A DNA stretch of 64,000 nucleotides, taken from contig AP024681.1 of the NCBI GenBank assembly GCA_025999335.1, positions 3,414 to 67,413 of the forward strand. Direction: 5' to 3'. Each line of letters begins with the position of its first letter. Position 1 is the stretch's first letter. Positions 8,658-18,769 of the stretch are shown one piece after another. The notes beneath the pieces were generated by a model, which worked only from the letters and a program-made list of their open reading frames with translations, did no database searches and was not told where the DNA came from. This DNA is from Candidatus Parcubacteria bacterium. GTDB taxonomy: Bacteria; Patescibacteriota; Minisyncoccia; UBA6257; HR35. Both the position numbers and the translations under genes were made by a program.

Positions 8658-11027
8658 ATGAAATATATAAAATTTTTTCAAGAATTATCAAAAGATGATG
8701 TTGGTTTAGTTGGTGGTAAAAATGCTAATTTAGGAGAAATGTATCAGAAATTGATTGGTTTAGGAGTAAGAGTTCCGAGTGGATTTGCGGTGACTGCTGA
8801 AGGTTACGATTATTTTATTCAATTTAATAATTTAGAAAATAAGATAAAAGAAATTCTACAAAATACTAATATTTATGATGTCTCTCAACTTCAAAAAGCA
8901 GGAGAAGAAATAAGAAATTTAATTAAACAGGGCGAGTTTCCAGAAGATTTGAAGAATGAAATTCTAAGTGCTTTTGAAGAGTTGAAAAAAGAATATAGCG
9001 AAAATTTACAAGTAGCCGTAAGAAGTAGCGCTACAGCTGAAGACCTGCCTGATGCTTCATTCGCGGGGCAGCAAGAAACATATTTAAATGTGACTGAAAA
9101 AGATTTATTAGAAAAAGTTAAGTTCTGTTTTGCTTCTTTGTTTACTGATCGAGCAATTTTTTATAGACAAGAAAAAGGATTTGATCATTTTAAAGTAAAA
9201 CTTTCTGTTGGTATTCAAAAAATGGTAAGATCTGACCTAGCAAGTTCGGGAGTGATGTTTACTATTGACGCTGATTCTGGTTTAGATAAAGTAATTGTTG
9301 TTAATGGAGTTTGGGGATTGGGAGAGCTTATTGTTCAAGGAAAAGTTATTCCGGATGAGTGGATTGTTTTTAAAGTTGGTTTAGAAAGAGGCTGTCGAAG
9401 TATTATTAGCAAAAGATTAGGTGAAAAAGTTAAAAAAATTGTTTATGGAGAAAATGGAGGAGTAGCAGAAGTTGAAACCGAACAAAAAGAAAAGGAAATT
9501 TTTTCTTTAAGCGATGATGAAGTGTTAGAACTGGCAAAAATGGGCTATATTATTGAAAAGCATTATAAAAGAGCAATGGATATTGAATGGGCAAAAGATG
9601 GCGTTGATGGTAAGCTTTATATTGTTCAAGCAAGACCAGAAACTGTCCATTCGGCTAAAAAGAAAAATGTTTGGGTTGAGTATAAATTAAAAGCGAGAGG
9701 AGAGATTTTAACAAAAGGTATAGCAATTGGTTCAAAAATTAGTTCAGGAAAAGTTAGAGTGATTAAAGATGTTTCAAAAATAAATGAATTTCAAGAAGGA
9801 GAAATTTTAGTTACAGAAATGACCGATCCAGACTGGGTGCCAATTATGAAAATTGCTAAAGGAATAATTACTGATAAAGGAGGAAGAACTTGCCATGCGG
9901 CTATAGTATCACGAGAACTTGGAATTCCTGCAATTGTTGGCACAGGAAATGCAACAGAAATTTTAAAAACCGGAGATGAAGTGACAATTGATTGCAGTGC
10001 TGGAATTACTGGTTATATTTATAAAGGAATTTTAGATTATGAAGTTATTGAACATAATTTAGAAGAGATTCCTGAAACTAAAATAAAAATTTATGTTAAT
10101 ATTGGACTTCCTGATGAAGCTTGGGAAAGATGGTATTTACCAGTTAAAGGTGTAGGACTTGCTCGTGAAGAATTTATTATTGCTGAAGAAATAAAAATTC
10201 ATCCTAATGCATTGATTGATTATCCAAATTTACCAGAGGACATTAAACAAAAAATAGATGAACTCGTAAAAGATTATGAAGATAAAAAACAATATTTTGT
10301 TGATAAATTAGCTGAAGGGATTGCTAAAATTTGTACTGCTTATTATCCTTATGAAGTAATAGTTAGATTTTCTGATTTTAAGACAAATGAATATGCAAAT
10401 TTAATCGGCGGTGAACTTTATGAGCCTAAAGAAGATAATCCGATGATTGGTTGGCGAGGAGCAAGCAGATATTATCATTCAAAATTTCAAGAAGCTTTTA
10501 AATTAGAAGTTTTAGCAATGAAAAAAGTAAGAGAAGAGATGGGGTTAGATAATTTAGTAATGATGGTGCCGTTTTGTCGAACTCCTGAAGAAGGAAGAAA
10601 AGTTATGGAAATTATTGAAAGTATAATGGGTAAAAGAGAGGAAAAAGGATATAAAGTTTATGTTATGGCAGAAATCCCTTCAAATATTTTGCAAGCCGAA
10701 GAATTTTTAGAGATTTTTGATGGAATGTCAATTGGTTCAAATGATTTAACACAACTCACTTTAGGAATTGATCGTGATAATGAAATTTTACAAGGATTAG
10801 CTGATGAAAGAAATGAATCAGTGAAAAAATTAATTTCTCAAGTAATTAAAATTTGTAAAGAAAAAAATAAATACATTGGTATTTGTGGTCAAGCTCCAAG
10901 TGATTTTCCAGAAATAGTTGAACTTTTAGTTAAAAAAGGAATTGAAAGTATAAGTGTTAATAGTGATGTGGTGATTAAAACAATTGAATTGGTTAAAAAG
11001 TTTGAGGATGAAAATAGAAAATATTAA
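8658..11027 (+). CDS. ppsA: Phosphoenolpyruvate synthase
   Basis: VGGKNANLGE, AVRSSATAEDLPDASFAGQQET, GGRTCHAAIVSRE and SIGSNDLTQ motifs. Confidence 0.97.
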   Translation: MKYIKFFQELSKDDVGLVGGKNANLGEMYQKLIGLGVRVPSGFAVTAEGYDYFIQFNNLENKIKEILQNTNIYDVSQLQKAGEEIRNLIKQGEFPEDLKNEILSAFEELKKEYSENLQVAVRSSATAEDLPDASFAGQQETYLNVTEKDLLEKVKFCFASLFTDRAIFYRQEKGFDHFKVKLSVGIQKMVRSDLASSGVMFTIDADSGLDKVIVVNGVWGLGELIVQGKVIPDEWIVFKVGLERGCRSIISKRLGEKVKKIVYGENGGVAEVETEQKEKEIFSLSDDEVLELAKMGYIIEKHYKRAMDIEWAKDGVDGKLYIVQARPETVHSAKKKNVWVEYKLKARGEILTKGIAIGSKISSGKVRVIKDVSKINEFQEGEILVTEMTDPDWVPIMKIAKGIITDKGGRTCHAAIVSRELGIPAIVGTGNATEILKTGDEVTIDCSAGITGYIYKGILDYEVIEHNLEEIPETKIKIYVNIGLPDEAWERWYLPVKGVGLAREEFIIAEEIKIHPNALIDYPNLPEDIKQKIDELVKDYEDKKQYFVDKLAEGIAKICTAYYPYEVIVRFSDFKTNEYANLIGGELYEPKEDNPMIGWRGASRYYHSKFQEAFKLEVLAMKKVREEMGLDNLVMMVPFCRTPEEGRKVMEIIESIMGKREEKGYKVYVMAEIPSNILQAEEFLEIFDGMSIGSNDLTQLTLGIDRDNEILQGLADERNESVKKLISQVIKICKEKNKYIGICGQAPSDFPEIVELLVKKGIESISVNSDVVIKTIELVKKFEDENRKY

Positions 11028-12195
11028 AGCGAATAAAATTCTTGATTCAAGAGGGGAGTGGACAGTTGAGGTTGAAATTGAAAGTGAAAACAAAGGAAAA
11101 GCTTCAATTCCTTCAGGAAAAAGTTTGGGATCTCATGAGGCAGTTTGTTTAGATTGTGATTTAATTGAAAAGAATTTACCAGAATTTTTAAAAGAAGTTA
11201 AGAATTTTGATTTTAAGTCTTCTCAAGAATTTGATAATTTTTTAATTGAAAGAGCAGGAAAGAATAAAGAAAAATTAGGAGGGAATTTTACTTTAGGATG
11301 TTCAATTGCATTTGCAAAAGTATTAGCTAAAAAAGAAGGATTAGAACTTTATGAATATTTGGAGAAAGAATATACGCAGACAACCGCAAACTATACGCAG
11401 GCAGCCGCAGAGAGTTATAATAATAGTCCGCGGGAGTTTGCGTTAAGTCTGCAGGAATCCGCGCCTACTCCAAAATTAATTATCAATATTATTGGTGGTG
11501 GGGTTCATTCTTTTAATAATTTAGATTTTCAGGAGTGTTGGCTAGTAAGCAAACAAAGTTTTTCCGAAAAATTGATTGCTGAAATTTTAAGCGTAATTAA
11601 TATTTTAGAAAATAAACTCTCAAAACCATTAGGAAGAAATGATGAGGGAGCGTTTTGTACAAATTTTAATGACAATTATGAACCTTTTATTTATTTAAAT
11701 CAATTTAAAGAAAATTTTGAGCTTGGCGCGGATATTGCTGCTAATCAAATTAAAAAAGACATAAATTGGCAAGAAATTTATCATCAATTAAAAAAATTAA
11801 ATGTTACTTATTTAGAAGATCCTTACAAAGAAGATGAATTTGAATATTTTGCGAACTTAAGAAAAGAAGGATTTAAAGTTATCGGGGACGATTTAACAAC
11901 AACTAATACAGAAAGATTAAAAACTGCTTTAGAAAAAAATTCTCTTGATGGAGTAATTGTTAAACCAAATCAAATTGGAACAATTAAAGAAACTTTTGAT
12001 TTTATAAAACTAGCAAAAGAAAATAATTTATTTACAATTTTTTCTCATCGCAGCGGAGAAACTAATGATAATTGGATTATTGATTTAGGAATTTCTTTCA
12101 ATGCTGATTATTTTAAAATTGGCGTGCCATTACAAGGCGAAAGAATTGCTAAATGGAACAGATTAAAAGAAATTTTTGATAAAAATGATAAGTAA
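11008..12195 (+). CDS. eno: Enolase (divergent) with an in-frame 30-aa repeat insertion
   Basis: ILDSRG, PSGKS, DFQE, GDDL, KPNQIG and SHRSGET motifs; ATG at 11008. Confidence 0.92.
   Translation: MKIENIKANKILDSRGEWTVEVEIESENKGKASIPSGKSLGSHEAVCLDCDLIEKNLPEFLKEVKNFDFKSSQEFDNFLIERAGKNKEKLGGNFTLGCSIAFAKVLAKKEGLELYEYLEKEYTQTTANYTQAAAESYNNSPREFALSLQESAPTPKLIINIIGGGVHSFNNLDFQECWLVSKQSFSEKLIAEILSVINILENKLSKPLGRNDEGAFCTNFNDNYEPFIYLNQFKENFELGADIAANQIKKDINWQEIYHQLKKLNVTYLEDPYKEDEFEYFANLRKEGFKVIGDDLTTTNTERLKTALEKNSLDGVIVKPNQIGTIKETFDFIKLAKENNLFTIFSHRSGETNDNWIIDLGISFNADYFKIGVPLQGERIAKWNRLKEIFDKNDK
11374..11463 (+). repeat. Periodic palindromic element, eno copy (90 bp, in frame)
   Basis: Four CGCARR units on the left and four TYYGCR units on the right, spaced 10/11/10 bp, around an AT-rich loop. 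Confidence 0.8.
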
Positions 12196-12379
12196 TTTCT
12201 TAATTTTATTAGGTGTTGTTTTAATAATTTTTGGTTTGATTTTAAAGTTTAATTTTAAACTACCTGGTGATATTTTAATTCAAAAAGAAAATTTTACCTT
12301 TTATTTTCCGATTGTAACTTCGATTGTTGTAAGCATTCTTTTAACTATAATAATCTCATTAATAAAAAAAATTAAATAA
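12176..12379 (+). CDS. DUF2905 family membrane protein
   Basis: KLPGDI...FTFYFPIVTSIVVS motif. Confidence 0.85.
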   Translation: MIKMISNFLILLGVVLIIFGLILKFNFKLPGDILIQKENFTFYFPIVTSIVVSILLTIIISLIKKIK

Positions 12380-12496
12380 ACCGAACTTGACTGTTTAAAA
12401 TAAAATTTTATAAAAAGATAAATAAAAATAATAAGATATTTATTTTTAGGATAATTCTTTTTATGTTATAATATTAAAAATAAATTTAAAAAACAT

Positions 12497-12567
12497 CGCG
12501 GGGTGGTGGAGCAGGACCACGGAGGTCTCATAAGCCTCAGACGCAGGTGCAAATCCTGCCCCCGCAA
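12497..12567 (+). tRNA. tRNA-Met(CAT), initiator-like
   Basis: Cloverleaf with C1:A72 mismatch and anticodon loop CTCATAA. Confidence 0.85.
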
Positions 12568-12591
12568 CATTTTAGAGTAATAAATTCCGTA

Positions 12592-13173
12592 ATGCGCATT
12601 AGTATTTTTTTATTAACAACATTACTTTTGTTTTTTATTTTTGCGTTAATTCTATCGCTAATGGGTCAACCGTTAGCATACAAATCTCAAGGCAAATATC
12701 ATATAAAAATTTGGCATGGAGATATATATAGCGATCAAAACTCTCAACAATTAGTAGATTGGTATTCTTTTACTCATATTACCCATGGTGTATTTTTTTA
12801 TTTTTTGTTGTGGTTAATTAAAAAAATAATAAAATTTAAACAAAAATCACTATTATTACTGCTTTTAATAGCATTAATTTTAGAGATGGCTTGGGAAATT
12901 TTTGAAAATACCGATTTTGTTATAAACCGTTATCGTGAATCAACAATTTCTTTAGGCTATTACGGTGATAGTGTAATTAATTCTGTTTTTGATGTTTTGT
13001 TTATGGTTGTAGGATTTTTAATTGCTGCTTTTATGCCGGTATGGTTTACAATATTATTTATCATCGTATTAGAATTATTTCTACTTTATATGATACGCGA
13101 CAATTTGATTTTAAATTTGATTATGTTAATTTTCCCTAGTCAAGCCATTCTTCAATGGCAAATGCAAAAATAA
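12592..13173 (+). CDS. DUF2585 family membrane protein
   Basis: SQQLVDWYSFTHITHG, WEIFENT and GYYGDSVINS motifs. Start placed at ATG 12592, after the tRNA. Confidence 0.85.
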   Translation: MRISIFLLTTLLLFFIFALILSLMGQPLAYKSQGKYHIKIWHGDIYSDQNSQQLVDWYSFTHITHGVFFYFLLWLIKKIIKFKQKSLLLLLLIALILEMAWEIFENTDFVINRYRESTISLGYYGDSVINSVFDVLFMVVGFLIAAFMPVWFTILFIIVLELFLLYMIRDNLILNLIMLIFPSQAILQWQMQK

Positions 13174-13233
13174 TTTAATCGTCTTAAATGAATTAAATCA
13201 AATAAAACAAAAAATAAATTCACAAATTTATCT

Positions 13234-14250
13234 ATGTTAAAAGATATTTTGAAAAATATTTTAGATCAAGGAAAAAAGGATATATTAATGTGTCGGACTT
13301 TAGAAGAGTTAGAAAATATAAAAATTAAATATTTAAGCAGAAAAAGCGAATTGATGTCTCTTTCAAAAAATTTCTCTCAATTAAAACCAAATGAAAAAAA
13401 AGAAATAGGTAATTTATTTAATCTTGTAAAAAATACCTTAATAAAAACATACGAAGAGCAAAAACAGAGATTAGATAAAATATCAATCAATTTCGACCCC
13501 GAACATCCCGGTAAACAAATAAATATTGGCAGGGAACATTTGTTAACCAATAGTCTCGTAAAAATTAGAAACATTTTTATTAATTTAGGCTTTAATATCT
13601 ATGACTACCATCAAATAGTTAATGAAAAAGAAAATTTTGATTATTTAAACATACCTCGCAACCATCCTGCGCGAGACTTGTGGGATACCTTATGGATTGA
13701 AAATAAAAATAAAAAAAGTGATTACTTACTAAGAACCCATACGACTGCTTTTCAGCATTATATTCTCACAAAATATCGCCCTCCTTTAAGATTTGCAACC
13801 ATAGGCAAAGTTTTTAGATACGAAGCAACTGATAAAAGTCATGATTTTGAATTTTATCAAATTGATGCTTTATCTCTTAGCGAAACAACCAATCTTCAAA
13901 ATTTAAAATATACCATAGAAAAATTTTTTATTAATTTTTTTCATAAAGATATAAAAATTCGTTTTCGTCCATCATATTTTCCTTTTGTTGAACCTGGTCT
14001 AGAAGTAGATATCAACTGTATATTTTGTAATAATAAAAAATGCGCTACTTGTAAATTTAGTGGATGGATTGAGGTTGCCGGCGCCGGTATGATTCACCCA
14101 TCAGTATTAGCGCAAGCCAAAATAGATTATAAAAAATATCGAGGTTTTGCTTTCGGCATAGGGATTGACAGATTAATTATGCTAAAGCATAACATTAACG
14201 ATATACGTATATTACATTCAAGTGATTTAAGGTTCATTAATCAATTTTAA
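13234..14250 (+). CDS. pheS: Phenylalanine--tRNA ligase alpha subunit
   Basis: HPARD, LLRTHT, RPSYFPFVEP and GFAFGIGIDR motifs. Confidence 0.96.
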   Translation: MLKDILKNILDQGKKDILMCRTLEELENIKIKYLSRKSELMSLSKNFSQLKPNEKKEIGNLFNLVKNTLIKTYEEQKQRLDKISINFDPEHPGKQINIGREHLLTNSLVKIRNIFINLGFNIYDYHQIVNEKENFDYLNIPRNHPARDLWDTLWIENKNKKSDYLLRTHTTAFQHYILTKYRPPLRFATIGKVFRYEATDKSHDFEFYQIDALSLSETTNLQNLKYTIEKFFINFFHKDIKIRFRPSYFPFVEPGLEVDINCIFCNNKKCATCKFSGWIEVAGAGMIHPSVLAQAKIDYKKYRGFAFGIGIDRLIMLKHNINDIRILHSSDLRFINQF

Positions 14251-14264
14251 ATTGTAAAATTATA

Positions 14265-16247
14265 ATGAAATTTAGAATTCACGACTTACAAAATTATTTA
14301 ACTAAAAAAATTAACGGTGAAAAGATAGCGCAAACATTAACTTTAAAAAGCTTTGAAACAACATACAAAAATAATGTTCTTGATATTGATATTTTACCTA
14401 ATCGTTTTAGCGATTGCGCTTCTTTTATTGGTCTTGCTAAAGAAATATCTGCTGTTTCCGATAATAATGTTGTTTTACCTAAAATTAATTTTCTAGAAAC
14501 AAAACAAAAAATAAATAAAAACATTAAAGTAATTAATCGTTTACAATCAAATATTGTTCCTTATTATTTCTATCGAATTATTTTAAATATTAATAATAAA
14601 AAATCTGAAACAAAACTAGCCGATCTTCTCAACTTTTATGGTTTTAATAACATCAATTATTTAGTAGATCTTAGTAATTTTGTAATGTTAGAATGTGGCG
14701 CGCCTTTGCATATTTTTGATTTAGATAAAATTGATGAATTTATTGAAGTAAGAACTGCTTATCAAGGTGAAAGATTTTTATCATTTGACGATAAAGAATA
14801 TATTCTTCAAGGAAATGAAATAGTTATCGCTGACGCAAAAGATATTTTAGCTTTAGCTGGTATTAAAGGTGGCAAAAAAGCAGCTGTAACTTTGCAAACA
14901 AAAAATATTTTCATTGAAGGAGCTGTTTTCAATCCGGCATCTATTTATTCAACCTCTAAGCAATTAAATATTAAAACCGAAGCAAGTTTTCGTTTTGAAA
15001 AAGGCATAGCGCCAACTTCTGTTATTTATTCTTTAGATAGATTAACAACTCTTATATATAACAATTTAGGTGGTGATATTTTAATAAATAAAAATGCACA
15101 AATAAAATTTAATGATAAAATTATAAATTTTAATTTTGAGGAAATTTATAATCTATCCGGATGCAAAATTGAATTTAATGAATTTCAAAATATTATAAAA
15201 AAATTAGGTATAACTATTAAACGTAATCACCGTAATAAAATATTTCAATTAATTATACCTAATGAAAGATTGGATATTAATAATTCATACGATATTGTTG
15301 AAGAAATAATTAGAATATATGGATTGGATAAAATTACGCCTAAATTTGAATGTTTCGAAAATAATATCTCGCCTAAACAAAATTTTGAATTTATAGATTT
15401 TCTAAGAAATTTCACTATAAAGAGTTCGTTTACAGAAAGTTTTAGCTATAATCTCATCTCAGAAAAAGATTTATCTATATTTAAATCATTACTTAACGGC
15501 AAACCGATAAAAATTTATAATCCTCTTAGCGAGAATTATTCTTTCTTTCAATTTTCGTTAATCCCCAATTTAGTTAAAGCCATTATTTCTAATCAAAAAA
15601 ATTTCACCGATATTAAATTATTTAATATAGAGAAAATTGCCTTTTGGCAAAATAACAAAATTATTGAAAAATATTCTTATGCAATTGCTATTGGTAAAAA
15701 AAATATTGATGATATATTTTTAGAATTAAAAGGATTCTTAAACTTGTTAATGAATGAACTAAAAATAGATTATTTATTAAGTATTCAAGATAATGAAAAT
15801 TTTTATTTTGCCATTATGCATAATAAAAAAAATATTGGAACTTTTGGTTTTTTAAATAAATATGTATTAAATCTCATTGATAGCGATATTAATATAGGCT
15901 TTGTTGAATTAGATTTAGATTTAATTTATGATTTAAGTAAAAAAGAGAAAATATTTAATCCCTTACCTCAATTTCCAAGTATCATTAGAGATTTATCATT
16001 TTTTATTAATAGAAAAATCAGCGTTCATCAAATAGAAAAAATATTATTATCACATAAAGTTGATTATTTAAAAAAGATAGAACTTAAAGATATTTACTTA
16101 CCATTAGATAATAAAGATACTAAATCAGTAACTTATCGATTTTATTTTCAAAGTGATGAAAGAACTTTAACCGATGAAGAAATAAATCAATGTTTAGTTA
16201 AAATTATAAATATCTTAAAAAATCAATTAAATATTGAAATACGTTAA
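14265..16247 (+). CDS. pheT: Phenylalanine--tRNA ligase beta subunit (short form)
   Basis: PNRFSD, PLHIFDLDK, ASFRFEKG and EEIIRIYG motifs; C-terminal FDX-ACB domain. Confidence 0.93.
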   Translation: MKFRIHDLQNYLTKKINGEKIAQTLTLKSFETTYKNNVLDIDILPNRFSDCASFIGLAKEISAVSDNNVVLPKINFLETKQKINKNIKVINRLQSNIVPYYFYRIILNINNKKSETKLADLLNFYGFNNINYLVDLSNFVMLECGAPLHIFDLDKIDEFIEVRTAYQGERFLSFDDKEYILQGNEIVIADAKDILALAGIKGGKKAAVTLQTKNIFIEGAVFNPASIYSTSKQLNIKTEASFRFEKGIAPTSVIYSLDRLTTLIYNNLGGDILINKNAQIKFNDKIINFNFEEIYNLSGCKIEFNEFQNIIKKLGITIKRNHRNKIFQLIIPNERLDINNSYDIVEEIIRIYGLDKITPKFECFENNISPKQNFEFIDFLRNFTIKSSFTESFSYNLISEKDLSIFKSLLNGKPIKIYNPLSENYSFFQFSLIPNLVKAIISNQKNFTDIKLFNIEKIAFWQNNKIIEKYSYAIAIGKKNIDDIFLELKGFLNLLMNELKIDYLLSIQDNENFYFAIMHNKKNIGTFGFLNKYVLNLIDSDINIGFVELDLDLIYDLSKKEKIFNPLPQFPSIIRDLSFFINRKISVHQIEKILLSHKVDYLKKIELKDIYLPLDNKDTKSVTYRFYFQSDERTLTDEEINQCLVKIINILKNQLNIEIR

Positions 16248-16253
16248 AATATA

Positions 16254-17939
16254 TTATTTTATTTCTATAATATCTTTAATTTTATTTTTTAACATAAATT
16301 TAATTTTTTCTAAACTCTCTTTATTATTAACTTGAATTTCAAAAGATAAATTAGCAATATTTTTTTTGACTTTAATTTTACTCTTAACTATATTGCATTT
16401 TTTGAGAGCAATAAAATTAGTTATGTCTTTTAAAAGACCAATTCTGTCGTTAGCAACAATTTCTAAAACAAAAGAGTAAGGCCTAGTAAAAGCTAAATTT
16501 TGTTTTTTAAGATAAGATTTTATCTTTTTTTGTGTTTCGTAAGATTTAACTATTTTTAACCAATCTAAAGATGGTTTTTTATTTTTACTAGTAAAAATTT
16601 CTACAATATCACCATTTTGCAATTTATAATCCAAAGAAACAAAATGACCATTAACTTTTGCTGCTGATAAATGATTACCTAAATCTGAATGTATCTTATA
16701 AGCAAAATCTATGGGCGTACTATCGTTATTTAACTCAATAATATCTCCCTTAGGAGTAAAAACATATATCTTTTCTTGTAAAAAATCTTTTATTTCATCG
16801 GTTAATTTTTTTCTTTGCAGTAATTCTACTAAACGTAATTCGTCTTCATTAGCGAAAATACTTCTATTTTTGGCATAATTAGATGTATCTTTGCTACTAG
16901 CATAAGCAAAATAAGCAGCTATTCCTTGTTCATTGTAAATATGCATTTCTTTTGTTTTTATCTGAAATTCAATAAATTTATTATAAGGACCAATAACAGT
17001 GGTATGAATACTACGATAACCGTTTGGTTTAGGTAAAGCTATATAATCATCAAATTCATTAGAAATAGGAGTGAATAAATTATGAATAATGCCTAAAGAT
17101 AAATAACATTCTTCAACCGTTGACACAATAATCCTAAAAGCAAGAATGTCATAAATTTTAGTTATATCAAAATCTTTACGTTTTAATTTTTTGTAAATAC
17201 TTGCTGGTGTTTTAATTCTATAATCTATTGAATGAATATTAATTTTCTTATTAACCAATTCTTTATACACTTTATCTTTAATCTCTTCTAAATATTGAAT
17301 TCCATTATCAACAATTTTTTTAATTTCTAATTCAATAAATTTATACATTGCTGGATTTAAAAACTTAAAAGCAAGATTGCTTAACTCATTAGCCCATTGA
17401 TTAATATTTAATCTTATCGCTAAAGGAGCATAAATATCTTCTGTCTCTAAAGCTATTCGTTTTTGTTTTTCTAAAGGAAGATATTGAAGGGTACGCATAT
17501 TATCTAATCGATCAGCAAGTTTAATAACTGCAACGCGGATATCTTTAGAAAGATAGATTATAAGTTTGCGTAAATTTTCAGCTTGAATAGCGTTTCTGTT
17601 ATTATACTTAAAAGAGCTTATTTTAGTTACGCCTTCAACTAAATAAGCAATTTCATCGCCAAATTCGCTTTTAATAAAATCTCTGTTAATTTTACCTTCT
17701 TCTAAAGAATCATGTAAAATTCCAGCAACTATACTTTGGCAATCCATTTGAATTTCAGCTAAATTAATAGCTGTTCTTAAACAATGATTCAAGTACGGCT
17801 CACCGCTTTTTCTTTTTATATTTTCATAAATAATATCGCCGTAATAATATCCTTTTTCTAATATATTTTTTTCTGAAGAATTTAATTCCTTTAAAGAATT
17901 AATTTTGTCTAAAAAAGAATTCCAGCCTATTTTCATCAT
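16254..17939 (-). CDS. rel: RelA/SpoT (p)ppGpp synthetase/hydrolase
   Basis: RKSGEPY, LHD, KLADRLDNMRTL, KPNGYRSIHT, TGS (TPIDFAY) and ACT domains. Confidence 0.93.
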   Translation of the reverse strand: MMKIGWNSFLDKINSLKELNSSEKNILEKGYYYGDIIYENIKRKSGEPYLNHCLRTAINLAEIQMDCQSIVAGILHDSLEEGKINRDFIKSEFGDEIAYLVEGVTKISSFKYNNRNAIQAENLRKLIIYLSKDIRVAVIKLADRLDNMRTLQYLPLEKQKRIALETEDIYAPLAIRLNINQWANELSNLAFKFLNPAMYKFIELEIKKIVDNGIQYLEEIKDKVYKELVNKKINIHSIDYRIKTPASIYKKLKRKDFDITKIYDILAFRIIVSTVEECYLSLGIIHNLFTPISNEFDDYIALPKPNGYRSIHTTVIGPYNKFIEFQIKTKEMHIYNEQGIAAYFAYASSKDTSNYAKNRSIFANEDELRLVELLQRKKLTDEIKDFLQEKIYVFTPKGDIIELNNDSTPIDFAYKIHSDLGNHLSAAKVNGHFVSLDYKLQNGDIVEIFTSKNKKPSLDWLKIVKSYETQKKIKSYLKKQNLAFTRPYSFVLEIVANDRIGLLKDITNFIALKKCNIVKSKIKVKKNIANLSFEIQVNNKESLEKIKFMLKNKIKDIIEIK

Positions 17940-17954
17940 CCAAAATTATTTAAC

Positions 17955-18752
17955 TTATTTATAATTACTCAAATATTTATTAAAAAACATAAGAATAAAA
18001 ATAATAGAAGAAAACAAAATAATCGAGGCGCTTACAGGAAAATTATATAAATAAGCCAACATATATCCTACAATAACGCTAACAACCGCAATAATAATAC
18101 TTTTACTAATTAAATCTTGTAACGATTTAGCTATAAAACTAGCTATTGTTGGTGGTAAAATTAAAAATGAAGTAATAAGCATTACTCCGCCTATTTTAAT
18201 ACCTAAAACTACTGATAAAGCTAAAAAAATATAAAAAACCAATTCATAAGTATAACTGTTAATATTAATCAAACGAGCTTCTGTAGGATCAAGTATTACT
18301 AGCAATATTTTTTTAAAATTAAAAATTATAAAAATTAATGTTAGTAAACAAAATATTAAAATAAAATAGAAATCAAAATTGCTCATAACCAAAGGATTGC
18401 CAATAATAAAATTAATCAATTCAGGTTGATAACCTTTTTGTGAAGACAAAATAATTAAACCAAAAGATAAGGAAATAACAAAAATTATACTCACTAAAGC
18501 ATCAGGATTAATTTTTGTATTTTTTTCTAAAAGGAAAATTAAAATAGCGAAAATAATACTTTCAAGAATAATGATAATAATATTATTTGACAAGCCCATT
18601 GTGAAACCAATAGCCAAACCTAAAACAGCAGCATGGGCTATGCCATCACTAAAAAAAGCCATTCTTTTAATTATTACAAATATTCCAAAAATAGCAAAAA
18701 CAACACTTAGCCATAAAGTAATTATTAATGCCTTTGCTAGAATTAATGCCAT
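17955..18752 (-). CDS. znuB: Zn/Mn ABC transporter permease
   Basis: RMAFFSDGIAHAA motif; multiple TM helices. Confidence 0.88.
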   Translation of the reverse strand: MALILAKALIITLWLSVVFAIFGIFVIIKRMAFFSDGIAHAAVLGLAIGFTMGLSNNIIIIILESIIFAILIFLLEKNTKINPDALVSIIFVISLSFGLIILSSQKGYQPELINFIIGNPLVMSNFDFYFILIFCLLTLIFIIFNFKKILLVILDPTEARLININSYTYELVFYIFLALSVVLGIKIGGVMLITSFLILPPTIASFIAKSLQDLISKSIIIAVVSVIVGYMLAYLYNFPVSASIILFSSIIFILMFFNKYLSNYK

Positions 18753-18769
18753 TGAATAAAATAATTATA

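Noticed and set aside
12547-12591. N-terminal extension of the DUF2585 ORF
   Set aside because: It overlaps the tRNA-Met; ATG 12592 is the plausible start.
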